IMG/VR virus record: IMGVR_UViG_3300035454_000831
Span: 1 to 64,000 of that record
Length of the DNA stretch: 64,000 nt
Origin: a virus
Taxonomy: Duplodnaviria > Caudoviricetes
Direction: 5' to 3' (one strand)
The translations under genes and the position numbers were made by a program. The notes under the pieces are model-generated. The model searched no databases, was not told where the DNA came from, and saw nothing but the letters and a program-made list of their open reading frames with translations. Position 1 is the first letter of the stretch. Every line of letters begins with the position of its first letter. Positions 49,101 through 56,804 of this stretch are shown one piece after another.

Positions 49101-49208
49101 CCCGCCACCTTCGAAGAAGGAGAACCCCTGGATGAAGGGATTGGCGCACTTATTAAAAGCGCCGCACTTTTGACAGGTAGGATTTTCAGGGGAGGCGTCT
49201 TGGATCAT
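46134..49208 (-). CDS. polA: Family A DNA polymerase with N-terminal UDG-like and 3'-5' exonuclease domains
   Basis: CQKC..C..CRP..C UDG-like N-terminus; DTET, HNLQFD, YAAYD; TGRL, DYSGIEVR, K...FG..YG, IHDD. Confidence 0.95.
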   Translation of the reverse strand: MIQDASPENPTCQKCGAFNKCANPFIQGFSFFEGGGVLSMIPETEPKDGFIVVVGNYPSEKADVGGTLWNKRDELYVLYKIFKEYDMEHRLFYLPGFRCRPNALNKETMEFEPEKLGKAELKRCFNHMVEPYIKRLSNVSAIIALGPIGTNAMIGRLDYWNLVGRAYRYGENEIPVYAAWHRDHIRTNPDRLGMEWFKQLELITQKIKTESFAKQEHIDKNYVLAMRPEQIREWFEPVYESTWPVSWDTETRGLEKFRAGFKVGVFSFDHPTRELPLIVVTDFKDAPDMFARECPDLVREGVTWAEQRKLLEAELRIVLEDEEILKIGHNLQFDENSVFAYYGWEVKGFVGDTIMWQWALNPDEAGFLGLESLVRLYFPDIPEYWRELDKWKEENMELLGNEVNDYTSIPEKIILPYAAYDTKVVTRLFKEVHKRVKELDSGSFIKRSDDQEESDWTDSVTDTYKLKDYLLHVRKLHHELCAEMERIGQCIDHDLVDRVHSLYSKEVASLEEALSHDEELQAFERGSLHKVISKSSDQAKALRRGEEIRMNWGSTVQQRAFFINHLKLPILKKTDKGAPCLDERVVGDYAASEWILKEDGTKVLRNQGDVLEEGQVIWHCEVARKLLSWRKADKFIKSFLLPIVEKRVIHDDGLMHAQYRSNGIATGRLGCKAPNVQAIPRDGLIKKLYRSHHKDGWIITRDYSGIEVRILALFCRDPLLLKTFKEGGDVHFLTQSHFFGKDADKKNKTQRSICKQALFGNIYGQGDQGLFDLLTENRVINPKTGEPVTLDECGEFNEMIYSLYPHVGKWVEDSHRFGEEFKWIASAFGFVRQLPEFQDIDYYKTILKTKTSKERRKDPYARVLGAKISQARRRAQNTSIQSTAADFTVIAAHRINTEYKKRKLGSRVFNVIHDDIWTSVKSKDEVVETMAIKAWYMDNAKEWLPEYLPKYDASWIQIPIIGEADVGLNPRDCFSVTSEPELFGSNSDMLVKFGEENGSPVYKDFTRDYEEIYETLSLKRLVVS

Positions 49209-49216
49209 CAGGAACC

Positions 49217-49223
49217 AGAAATC
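49217..49223 (-). promoter_or_regulatory. Putative middle promoter GATTTCT
   Basis: 8 nt before the polymerase ATG. Confidence 0.45.
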
Positions 49224-49246
49224 GATGCTCTAGGGGTTTGAGCGTG

Positions 49247-49551
49247 TGTGGCAACTTTAAAGAACCATATATGGCAACTGTATACACTTTCCCCCTTCCC
49301 CTCCCCGACCCGCGAAGCGGGGCGGTCTTTTTTTACCTTTTTCTTTTAAACTTTACTCCCCGGCGTTGTTACATCACGACTTACTATATGTGGTAACTTT
49401 TGAACGTTATGTGGTAACGTCATATGGTAACATCACGCGTACGAAGAGTCTACTTAATACTCATTGTTGGAAAGTTGAAACAACGAATTCTAAAATGACC
49501 CCTTTTTGCTCTCTGAAGAATATATACGACTTGACAGCTTGACGACTTGAC
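49247..49551. repeat. Non-coding region with five TRTGGYAAC repeats, a GCGAAGC hairpin and three CTTGAC copies
   Basis: Repeats at 49247, 49270, 49389, 49410, 49423; hairpin 49309-49321; CTTGAC at 49530, 49538, 49546. Confidence 0.7.
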
Positions 49552-49568
49552 GAGAGCTCTTGGAAGTA

Positions 49569-49597
49569 TTGACAGAGTGTAAAACATATGATATAAT
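49569..49597 (+). promoter_or_regulatory. sigma70-type early promoter
   Basis: TTGACA-N17-TATAAT; 5 nt gap to ATG 49603. Confidence 0.9.
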
Positions 49598-49602
49598 GTG
49601 GG

Positions 49603-49968
49603 ATGAAGGGAAATCAAAGATCACTTAAAGTCATCCGGGCTTCCATCGTTGAAGAGGATGTGGTTGTTGGGTTTAATTCTGAGAGGGCGGATATGGACAA
49701 CCCAAGCGGGGCGCTTTATGGAAAGGTCTCTAAGGTTATGGCTGAGACTCTATCCGGTCGTCGTTTCCTTCACATCTGGAGCTTGACGGCGGATGTCGCT
49801 CAGAGACTAGCGGACAAAGTGTCTCGCTCTGGGGAGATTGATCCACAATTCTGGAGCGAGACTTTCCCAGTTTATGGTTCAATGGCGTGGGAGGATGAGG
49901 AGGAGTCCCGCCGTTTCGCACTCGCTTTTTCTATCAAGGAAGGTCAAGACCCGTCACAATTCGCGTAA
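49603..49968 (+). CDS. Hypothetical early protein
   Basis: 121 aa after promoter. Confidence 0.78.
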   Translation: MKGNQRSLKVIRASIVEEDVVVGFNSERADMDNPSGALYGKVSKVMAETLSGRRFLHIWSLTADVAQRLADKVSRSGEIDPQFWSETFPVYGSMAWEDEEESRRFALAFSIKEGQDPSQFA

Positions 49969-50183
49969 TGAAGCCAACCTTGAAAGATATGAGTTTGCTC
50001 TCAAAGTTCCCAGTTGGGAAATGGTTTGCAGCGGGTGCTTACGGTATTCACGGGTCAAGACTTTCTCGTCTCTATCGACTTGGTCTACTTGATCGACGCC
50101 CACCTTTGGACTCGAAAATGGCTCGCACTTGGGACTATTTCAGAACGAACATCAATAAGGAGGAATCCAACAATGACCGATGA
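49968..50183 (+). CDS. Small hypothetical protein, possibly winged helix
   Basis: TAATG coupling; RLSRLYRLGLLDR. Confidence 0.65.
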   Translation: MKPTLKDMSLLSKFPVGKWFAAGAYGIHGSRLSRLYRLGLLDRRPPLDSKMARTWDYFRTNINKEESNNDR

Positions 50184-50433
50184 CGGTGCCCCTATGCAAG
50201 TGTCAAGACTGTTCGCCATGGAGGACGAGTTGGTTTTTCGACGCCAGTTTGCCATACAATTCTTGGCAAGCTATGCCGCCACTCATTTTAACGACCTATG
50301 TGCCAACGGTCGCCAGGATAATCTTGATCGGTTGCCAGTCGAAGACGCTGAATACTTGAGCGGAACGGCATGGAGTCACTGGTGCTTCACGATGCCGATG
50401 AAGCCAAGCCATCGCCCCAAGGAGAGTCTATGA
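50173..50433 (+). CDS. Hypothetical protein
   Basis: Start MTDDG overlapping the upstream stop region. Confidence 0.65.
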   Translation: MTDDGAPMQVSRLFAMEDELVFRRQFAIQFLASYAATHFNDLCANGRQDNLDRLPVEDAEYLSGTAWSHWCFTMPMKPSHRPKESL

Positions 50434-50436
50434 TAC

Positions 50437-50465
50437 TTGACAAAATTCACAATCGGTGTTATAAT
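50437..50465 (+). promoter_or_regulatory. sigma70-type early promoter
   Basis: TTGACA-N17-TATAAT; 6 nt gap to ATG 50472. Confidence 0.9.
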
Positions 50466-50471
50466 GTCGGC

Positions 50472-50705
50472 ATGAGCAACACTAACACCACAGCTATCGG
50501 AAGTTTCACTGTCACCTGCAAAAACGCGAAGGGTGAAGTAGTCGGTCACGTCGGGGGCTGCACCATTCACAGCAACTGGGACAAGGCTATCACCTTTTAT
50601 CGCAACAAGACCCGGAGCCAAATCAAGCGTGGTTTGATTCGTGGTGCTGCTACCGCCACCTTGATTTGGGATGGCACCGACCTCTCCGCTCCCATTGCTC
50701 TCTAA
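50472..50705 (+). CDS. Hypothetical early protein
   Basis: Start reassigned to the ATG after the promoter. Confidence 0.72.
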   Translation: MSNTNTTAIGSFTVTCKNAKGEVVGHVGGCTIHSNWDKAITFYRNKTRSQIKRGLIRGAATATLIWDGTDLSAPIAL

Positions 50706-50706
50706 T

Positions 50707-51207
50707 ATGACACCAGAACCAGAACCAAACTCGAATGACACCAGCAACCAAGTCAGACTCAGGGCTGACGCGGCATTACTACTCAGTCTGAAAGCCGCCA
50801 TTGATAAATCTTTCATTGGGGAACCAATCACGCAGGAGACAAAAAGTAAGTTATGCGATGCAGTCAGACTTCGACTTCAAGCTCGTGATGAGACACCTCC
50901 TAAGACAGCTTGCACCAGTATGTGGGAGGTTATGACTTGGAAAGATAAAGTTGTGTGGTTTATGGTTAATGAATTGATACCCAGCATCGGGGTTGAGATC
51001 CGGAAACAGCGAGATGCAGTGAACGCCATCCGTATGACGTTGGAGAGTCATCCAACGCTTCGCTTCTCTGGCTCCATTCCAAAATTGCCTAGATGGGCCT
51101 ATAAATCCCCCAAAAATATAATTCTTGTCGATGTCGCATTCACTCCGCAGACTCCCACGCAGTTTATCACATTCACCACCACACTACCTACCACGAAACT
51201 AGAATAA
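50707..51207 (+). CDS. Hypothetical protein resembling the tail-sheath C-terminal domain
   Basis: FIGEPITQETK...NIILVDVAFTPQTPTQFITF. Confidence 0.55.
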   Translation: MTPEPEPNSNDTSNQVRLRADAALLLSLKAAIDKSFIGEPITQETKSKLCDAVRLRLQARDETPPKTACTSMWEVMTWKDKVVWFMVNELIPSIGVEIRKQRDAVNAIRMTLESHPTLRFSGSIPKLPRWAYKSPKNIILVDVAFTPQTPTQFITFTTTLPTTKLE

Positions 51208-51214
51208 GTAAAAT

Positions 51215-51871
51215 ATGAAACTGAAATTAGACACGCTCCTCCTATCAGTCCTCCTGATCGAACTCACTGTTCTGCTCTTCAGGATCAATCCTGCATCGCT
51301 CGTCCCGAAAAATGAACCACCGCTATCACAGCCGACCCCAATTCAGGTGGTTAAGTCTGCAGAGGTCCCTGAACTCGAACCTACCTCAGAGTTGAGGGTG
51401 GCCTTGGTTCCCCCTCTGAGTCCACCCTCCAAGGATCTTATCTTGGCCGATACGATTGCAGGATTTGAGTCCTTCGCTCCAAGTACCTACAAATGCCCCG
51501 CTGGGCGAAGGACGATTGGATTCGGATTCACCGAGAAAAAGTACCTCGACATGGGTAAGATCAGTGAGGAGGACGCTTGGTCTATTCTGATCAATGAGTT
51601 GATTCCGAAATACCGGAAAATCGTCAGAGAGTGTGTGACAGTGCCTCTGACAGATAATCAAGAAGCAGCGTTGATTTCATTCACCTTCAATTGCGGCGAG
51701 GGGTCCCTATCGAAGCTGGTGAGGGATAGGCTTAATAAGGGTAAGTACACCGAGACGGCAAAGGCAATGAAGCTTTACGTCAAAGCAAAAGTGAACGGTA
51801 AGTACGTCACCCTTGGTGGCCTAGTGAAAAGGAGAGAGGTGGAGAGTAGTTTGTTTGGACGTTCTAGCTAA
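51215..51871 (+). CDS. Endolysin, GH24 lysozyme with N-terminal signal/anchor
   Basis: FE...YKCPAG..TIGFG, ALISFTFNCG, GLVKRR..E; hydrophobic N-terminus. Confidence 0.92.
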   Translation: MKLKLDTLLLSVLLIELTVLLFRINPASLVPKNEPPLSQPTPIQVVKSAEVPELEPTSELRVALVPPLSPPSKDLILADTIAGFESFAPSTYKCPAGRRTIGFGFTEKKYLDMGKISEEDAWSILINELIPKYRKIVRECVTVPLTDNQEAALISFTFNCGEGSLSKLVRDRLNKGKYTETAKAMKLYVKAKVNGKYVTLGGLVKRREVESSLFGRSS

Positions 51872-51879
51872 ATCGAGGA

Positions 51880-52593
51880 ATGAAGTCATCACAGACAACT
51901 TACGAGCGCTTGCATCCGGCCTCTCGGTGGCTCCGCAGGGTATGGTATAACTTCTGGCACAAGGATCAGGCAATGTGCGGGCGCTGCGGACACATTGAGC
52001 AAGCGAATGGTGCATCGTGGAGGTGGTACGGAGTCACTTGCCATTTCCCGGACCAATGCTCTAAATGCAACTGGCCAAATGCTAAAGTCCTGACGACCTG
52101 TGAAAAATCGAATCAACTTATGAGAACAGACTTGAAAGCCGCCAAATATGCGGAAGCGAAACATGCGGGGCAAAAACGCCGAAACGGCGAGCCCTATTTT
52201 TCACACGTCGAGGCAGTCGCAACAATCGTGCGAGACTCATGGCTCGAATCGACCAACGAATATGATATTGTGGCTGCAGCATACCTCCATGATGTCATCG
52301 AGGATTGCGGCGTTACCAAGCAAGGTCTCATTGAGGAGGGTTTTCCCGTCATGGTAGCGGAGATTGTGGACGCATTATCCAGGAAGCCAGGGGAAACCTA
52401 CTTTGACTTCATCATGCGACTCCACCACATGTATGATACTAGCAGCAGTGGTCCACTTCGGGAAGGGATTATCGAAGTCAAGCTCGCCGACCTCCAGCAC
52501 AATATGAGCGACCTCAAGGAAGGATCACTCAAGGACAAATATAGGTTCGCAAAATACATTCTTACCCAACCCCTCATCAATTATGGACTATAA
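51880..52593 (+). CDS. HD-domain (p)ppGpp hydrolase-like (SpoT/Mesh1) protein
   Basis: H.GQ.R..GEPY..H, AAAYLHDVIED, VKLAD..HN; N-terminal CxxC..CxxC; alternative start at 52120. Confidence 0.85.
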   Translation: MKSSQTTYERLHPASRWLRRVWYNFWHKDQAMCGRCGHIEQANGASWRWYGVTCHFPDQCSKCNWPNAKVLTTCEKSNQLMRTDLKAAKYAEAKHAGQKRRNGEPYFSHVEAVATIVRDSWLESTNEYDIVAAAYLHDVIEDCGVTKQGLIEEGFPVMVAEIVDALSRKPGETYFDFIMRLHHMYDTSSSGPLREGIIEVKLADLQHNMSDLKEGSLKDKYRFAKYILTQPLINYGL

Positions 52594-53011
52594 CGCGTCA
52601 GATACTCTGGGACGAGCGCTTCAACTGCAACAGGAGATTTCTAGGCTAATTTCCGAGCATGGGGTAAGTGCTGTCCTTGAAGCAATTTCGAATGATATTT
52701 CAAAGAGAGAGAAGATCATTCGGGATAACAATGATAGAAATCTCGGGGGAGCGGTTGAGTACATGTTCCCAGCACTTATTAAGGCGTACCCGAAGGTAGG
52801 TAAAAAGCTGGGTAACTGGTTGAGCCATGTTCTGAAGTGCCGTCCAGTGGTCGAGTCCTTAAAGATTATTAAAGCGGATAGTCCAAATCAATCCGTTGCT
52901 ATGAAGGAAGCCTACAACGAATGGGAGAGGATGAATGGAGGGGATGAATACGCATCCAGTTCCGAGCGAGTGCCTCAGACTGTTCGATTTCCAAACTGCA
53001 TAAATAAATAA
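52583..53011 (+). CDS. Hypothetical protein
   Basis: 142-aa ORF in operon. Confidence 0.65.
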   Translation: MDYNASDTLGRALQLQQEISRLISEHGVSAVLEAISNDISKREKIIRDNNDRNLGGAVEYMFPALIKAYPKVGKKLGNWLSHVLKCRPVVESLKIIKADSPNQSVAMKEAYNEWERMNGGDEYASSSERVPQTVRFPNCINK

Positions 53012-53182
53012 ATGAAAATAGAAGCACCGCACAAATATAACAAGGATAGGTTTATCGCGGCTTGGACTAATCGGTACGGGGGCGGTTATCGTAATGCCTT
53101 CCAAGTTTGGGTGCGTGGCGTCCAAACAGGGGCGGAAGCTTTTTGGCGAGAAATGGGAAACAGTATAGGCACACGCCGTTAA
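53012..53182 (+). CDS. Small hypothetical protein (56 aa, not in ORF track)
   Basis: MKIEAPHKYNKDRFIAAWTNRYGGG...; abuts the upstream stop. Confidence 0.55.
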   Translation: MKIEAPHKYNKDRFIAAWTNRYGGGYRNAFQVWVRGVQTGAEAFWREMGNSIGTRR

Positions 53183-53190
53183 GCGACAAC

Positions 53191-53451
53191 ATGAATCAAA
53201 GTATACACAAACTATTCGCTGCTCTGGAAATGATGGGGTTGGGGGAGTCAAGACCTCAAACTGAATATATTCAAGTAGTCCCACTTCCGAATTATACGCG
53301 CAACTTGTTCGGTCCAATCACTGAGATTGCTGGTAAGAAGCTAGAGTTGCTTGAGAGGAACCCAGAGGGTGATTGCTTATGCCTATTTTCCGGAGTTAAG
53401 GGGACCAATATTGTTGATGTCGATCACAGGGATATACAGGTGGGTGTCTGA
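53191..53451 (+). CDS. Hypothetical protein
   Basis: Start MNQSIHK. Confidence 0.65.
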   Translation: MNQSIHKLFAALEMMGLGESRPQTEYIQVVPLPNYTRNLFGPITEIAGKKLELLERNPEGDCLCLFSGVKGTNIVDVDHRDIQVGV

Positions 53452-53469
53452 CGATGAGTAGTTATCCAC

Positions 53470-53862
53470 ATGTCGAAGCTTGCAAAAACGTTACTGGAAT
53501 CAGATGAGATCTCCCAGGGAGTGTTCCGACTTCTGGAATTACAGACTCAGTTAAAGGTGTTTCACTGGAATACTTTCTCTCACGCTCAACACGAAGCCTT
53601 TGGAGACACTCAGGCCACCTTGGATGGCCTCATTGACAGCTTCATTGAGGGGTTTCAGGGCCTTTATGGAAGAATTTCGTTCGGCGGTCTAATTATCACT
53701 ATCGGAGACCTTGAGGATGTGGCAGTAATGGATTATCTGAGACTCCAACTGGAATGTCTTAATGAAATATCCAATCACCTTTCCGACACCAATCTTCTCA
53801 ACATCAGAGATGAAATGCTCCAGGCCGTGAGCAAATTGCTGTACTTGCTCACCTTAGAATAG
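53470..53862 (+). CDS. Dps/ferritin-like four-helix protein with LLE leader
   Basis: HWNT...HEAF...D..IE...G; IRDEML...YLLTL; TAGTTAT at 53459-53465. Confidence 0.82.
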   Translation: MSKLAKTLLESDEISQGVFRLLELQTQLKVFHWNTFSHAQHEAFGDTQATLDGLIDSFIEGFQGLYGRISFGGLIITIGDLEDVAVMDYLRLQLECLNEISNHLSDTNLLNIRDEMLQAVSKLLYLLTLE

Positions 53863-53887
53863 CCTGATACTAGGCTTTCTTAATTTG

Positions 53888-54808
53888 GTGGATGATACCC
53901 AAAATTGGATAAGAGATAGGTTGATATATCACTGGACATCTGTTTCAGGGAGTCAACCAGACCAAGGCGGATTCACCCCAAAGGGTGAGACGCTCGAAAA
54001 GTTGTGTATTATTCGAGAAAATAGAGGTGATAAGGAATTTGATGAATGGCTTAGGACTTCTATCTCCGCCTTCCTCCATCGTACTCGTGGGTCAGCCACG
54101 AAATTCTTCGTTAACTCATACCTTCTTAGTGAGTCTGCTTTAGAATACTTGAAGGAATTCAAGAAGCAGGAGGGAGCATATTCGGCCCTACCGAATAACC
54201 TTAATATCAGAAGTAGGATTTTGATGTCCGAGACTGACTACCTTGATACTATAATAACGATCAGTGTTTCAAGAGGCGGTAAGATAAACCTGTCAAGTAG
54301 TTCTTTCAAACCTGATATTTGGTGGATACTAGCCGCCGAGTTGTCGGGGAGGTTGACCAAAGAAGAATTTCCAGAACACTGGTTGACCGGAACCTACCAC
54401 ATTTCAGGTGGCAATCGTATTTTAGTTCAGGATGAATACGCCGCTAAGCGCAAGGAACTGCGTTCCTCCTCCTTGATGAGAGATCTATTGCTGACTGAAT
54501 TCAGGATTTCGGTCTCGGAATCCACCATAGGGTGGCTCGAAAGCCATAAACTGGCGGTCGCGGTTTCGGAGGAAGGCATGCTAACGATAGTATCCTCTAA
54601 TATCGATAGGGACTTAATTCCACCTTCACTCCATCCAAGAATCAGGGACGAGAAACTAGTTGAGGCCCTCAGATCAGTGATGGAGGTGAAAGAACTCAGC
54701 ATCTCCAAGGCGTCGAAGCAGATTAATGGGATCGATGCTAACACGTTGGTGAAAGCATCGGTCGACCCGATAGTTCAGCAACTATTGATGGCTTCCGGAA
54801 GTGACTAG
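53888..54808 (+). CDS. Hypothetical protein
   Basis: About 306 aa; GCTTTCT 7 nt before GTG 53888. Confidence 0.7.
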   Translation: MDDTQNWIRDRLIYHWTSVSGSQPDQGGFTPKGETLEKLCIIRENRGDKEFDEWLRTSISAFLHRTRGSATKFFVNSYLLSESALEYLKEFKKQEGAYSALPNNLNIRSRILMSETDYLDTIITISVSRGGKINLSSSSFKPDIWWILAAELSGRLTKEEFPEHWLTGTYHISGGNRILVQDEYAAKRKELRSSSLMRDLLLTEFRISVSESTIGWLESHKLAVAVSEEGMLTIVSSNIDRDLIPPSLHPRIRDEKLVEALRSVMEVKELSISKASKQINGIDANTLVKASVDPIVQQLLMASGSD

Positions 54809-54816
54809 TTATCAGC

Positions 54817-55314
54817 ATGCTTTCGGAAAGTAACTCCACGATAAGAAGAATGTTGATTGAGGCTTCTGATGTCTCCAGCTTATTGAAGGATGTAGTTTCT
54901 TCCAATAGGTTTGCCTTGAGGAGTTTAATCACCTTGTACAATTCCTTCAGGGGGGATGACCCGCAGCTTCAAAGCAAGGACTCAAAGGTAGCAATGCAAG
55001 CGGTCCTATCCGCGCTCTCCAAGAAAGACCCGGAACGGGCTTCTTATTTCGGTCAAATGACGTGGGAGCCTGATTCCCTTAAGTTTGCTGAATTTCTGAG
55101 TTCGGTGGGTGATAAGACCCTGGCACAATACCTCGGTATTTCTTCACCTGATGACATACCCATACCGGACACCTCTGACATCGAGAGTGATGATCTGGAC
55201 GGCGCTGAACTGGACGGCGCTGAACTGGACGCTGAGGAGTTTGGGGACGAGGACGAGGGTAGTGAACTCGATGATGAGGGAACCGAGGGTGACGTCATCG
55301 AACCTAAGGGCTGA
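54817..55314 (+). CDS. Late protein with LSE/LIE leader and a very acidic tail
   Basis: TAGTTAT at 54806-54812; D/E-rich C-terminus. Confidence 0.72.
   Translation: MLSESNSTIRRMLIEASDVSSLLKDVVSSNRFALRSLITLYNSFRGDDPQLQSKDSKVAMQAVLSALSKKDPERASYFGQMTWEPDSLKFAEFLSSVGDKTLAQYLGISSPDDIPIPDTSDIESDDLDGAELDGAELDAEEFGDEDEGSELDDEGTEGDVIEPKG
55195..55230 (+). repeat. 15-bp tandem repeat encoding LDGAE
   Basis: CTGGACGGCGCTGAA, about 2.4 copies. Confidence 0.85.
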
Positions 55315-55336
55315 AGAACCGCTTTCTATTTCAAGT

Positions 55337-55582
55337 ATGAATAACCCAGATCCCGCTCAAGACAACCCAGAAGTTCCCACCCAAGAGTCTGGAACCGATA
55401 CTCAAGTGCCGATGGTGGCCGTTACTCTCAGGTCAGTAATGTTGTCCTATAATCATCTCCTGTACGCATTTAAGGCTGGCAGCTTTAATAGCCTTAGTAT
55501 TAACGAGGTGAAGTCTGTCGTCGACAATATCGCCATGCTGAAATCCTTCATTCCAGAGTCTCTCCGTGGACAAGTTGAATGA
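55337..55582 (+). CDS. Hypothetical protein
   Basis: Start MNNPDP; GCTTTCT 9 nt upstream. Confidence 0.65.
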   Translation: MNNPDPAQDNPEVPTQESGTDTQVPMVAVTLRSVMLSYNHLLYAFKAGSFNSLSINEVKSVVDNIAMLKSFIPESLRGQVE

Positions 55583-55866
55583 AACCAGACGTCACGGCTT
55601 TCAAGGAAAGGTTCGAAAAGCTCTTGTCGAGAGACTTTTTGATGCTTGACAACGTCTCTGAAATAACCTGGAAAGATGGCACTCCGGGTTATTTCTTAAT
55701 GGTAGTATCACCGAAAACTGAAGACCTCTTTGACTCCATCAAAGAGCATTCGGTCTCGGTTCTCAGGACCATTGCCGAGAGCCTTAAGTTTAAGGCGGAG
55801 GCTCAGGAACTAGTGATCAATGGGGTCAAGTCTGCGGTTTTCAAAATAACTCCTGAGAAGAGTTAG
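55579..55866 (+). CDS. Hypothetical protein
   Basis: ATGA-coupled 95-aa ORF. Confidence 0.68.
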   Translation: MKPDVTAFKERFEKLLSRDFLMLDNVSEITWKDGTPGYFLMVVSPKTEDLFDSIKEHSVSVLRTIAESLKFKAEAQELVINGVKSAVFKITPEKS

Positions 55867-56534
55867 AAACCATCATCCATCCTCATAGCGATGTCATCAA
55901 CGGGTGACAAAGGCTTCTCATTCTGAGGTCTGTTCGTCTCTGAGAGGCTGGTCGAAGAGACCAAGTTTTGATAATGCGGGATGCTACCATCCGATTGCTT
56001 TATTATCGCACTTAGGCAAATATGAATCGGTACACTGCTATTCTGGAAGTAGTGTTTTGAGTTTATTTTGACGTGGGAAACCGAGTGGAGTATTCCCCTC
56101 CAAGTGAACTCATCCCCGACGCGGGGCCAGTAATCAAGGTCATAAAGCGTAGGAATACCAGTGTACAAAGTCAGGTCATAACTCTTCGATATCCCGGTCT
56201 TTTCATGTTTGGCACTCTCCTCTCCCAGTTCAATCTTCGCCCTTAACTTCAACAGGCGGTTGAACTCCAACTTCAAAGAGGCTGGTTCATGCCATAACTC
56301 GTCAATCTCCACTGGGTTGTCACCTGTATTAGTCCTGAGTTCCCTTATGGAAATCAAGGGATAGTTCTCATAGAACTCACGTATGATCTCGAATGACTCC
56401 CTGAAGTCTGACAGACCCCCAAGCTTAAAACCATCCATGTCCCCGGGACGAGTAATATTCAACAGTTCATCAATAGAGATACCTGAGAACTCATCTGGGT
56501 CGTACTTGAATATAGCCTGCTCATGGAACCTCAT
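55863..56534 (-). CDS. Putative neck / head-closure protein (gp14-like)
   Basis: DELWHE, K.GI, PRVGDEFTW pattern. Confidence 0.5.
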   Translation of the reverse strand: MRFHEQAIFKYDPDEFSGISIDELLNITRPGDMDGFKLGGLSDFRESFEIIREFYENYPLISIRELRTNTGDNPVEIDELWHEPASLKLEFNRLLKLRAKIELGEESAKHEKTGISKSYDLTLYTGIPTLYDLDYWPRVGDEFTWRGILHSVSHVKINSKHYFQNSSVPIHICLSAIIKQSDGSIPHYQNLVSSTSLSETNRPQNEKPLSPVDDIAMRMDDGF

Positions 56535-56542
56535 GAAGATAG

Positions 56543-56800
56543 TTACAAATCCAGCTCTGATTTTATTAGGTCTAGAGCCTCCTTATCGAATTTCTCAATT
56601 ATTCTGACTTTACTATCTAGGTGCTCCAGGGACTTCTTATGATCTGGACTTATAACTTGGAAATCATCATCTAGTTCAATTACTCCGGACAGATACCTTC
56701 CAAGAATTCTATCACTACCTTCTAGGTTGTCACTTTCTGAGACTATCACCTTTCGGAGCAACTTGGTTACTTCTGCCTTATCGAGTGGTACCCCTGACAC
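56543..56800 (-). CDS. Small late protein
   Basis: TAATTAT 4 nt before GTG; IVSE site. Confidence 0.6.
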   Translation of the reverse strand: MSGVPLDKAEVTKLLRKVIVSESDNLEGSDRILGRYLSGVIELDDDFQVISPDHKKSLEHLDSKVRIIEKFDKEALDLIKSELDL

Positions 56801-56804
56801 ATAG

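Noticed and set aside
46134-49208. Intein or intron in the DNA polymerase
   Set aside because: The ORF is continuous with only short insertions and no intein splice or LAGLIDADG motifs
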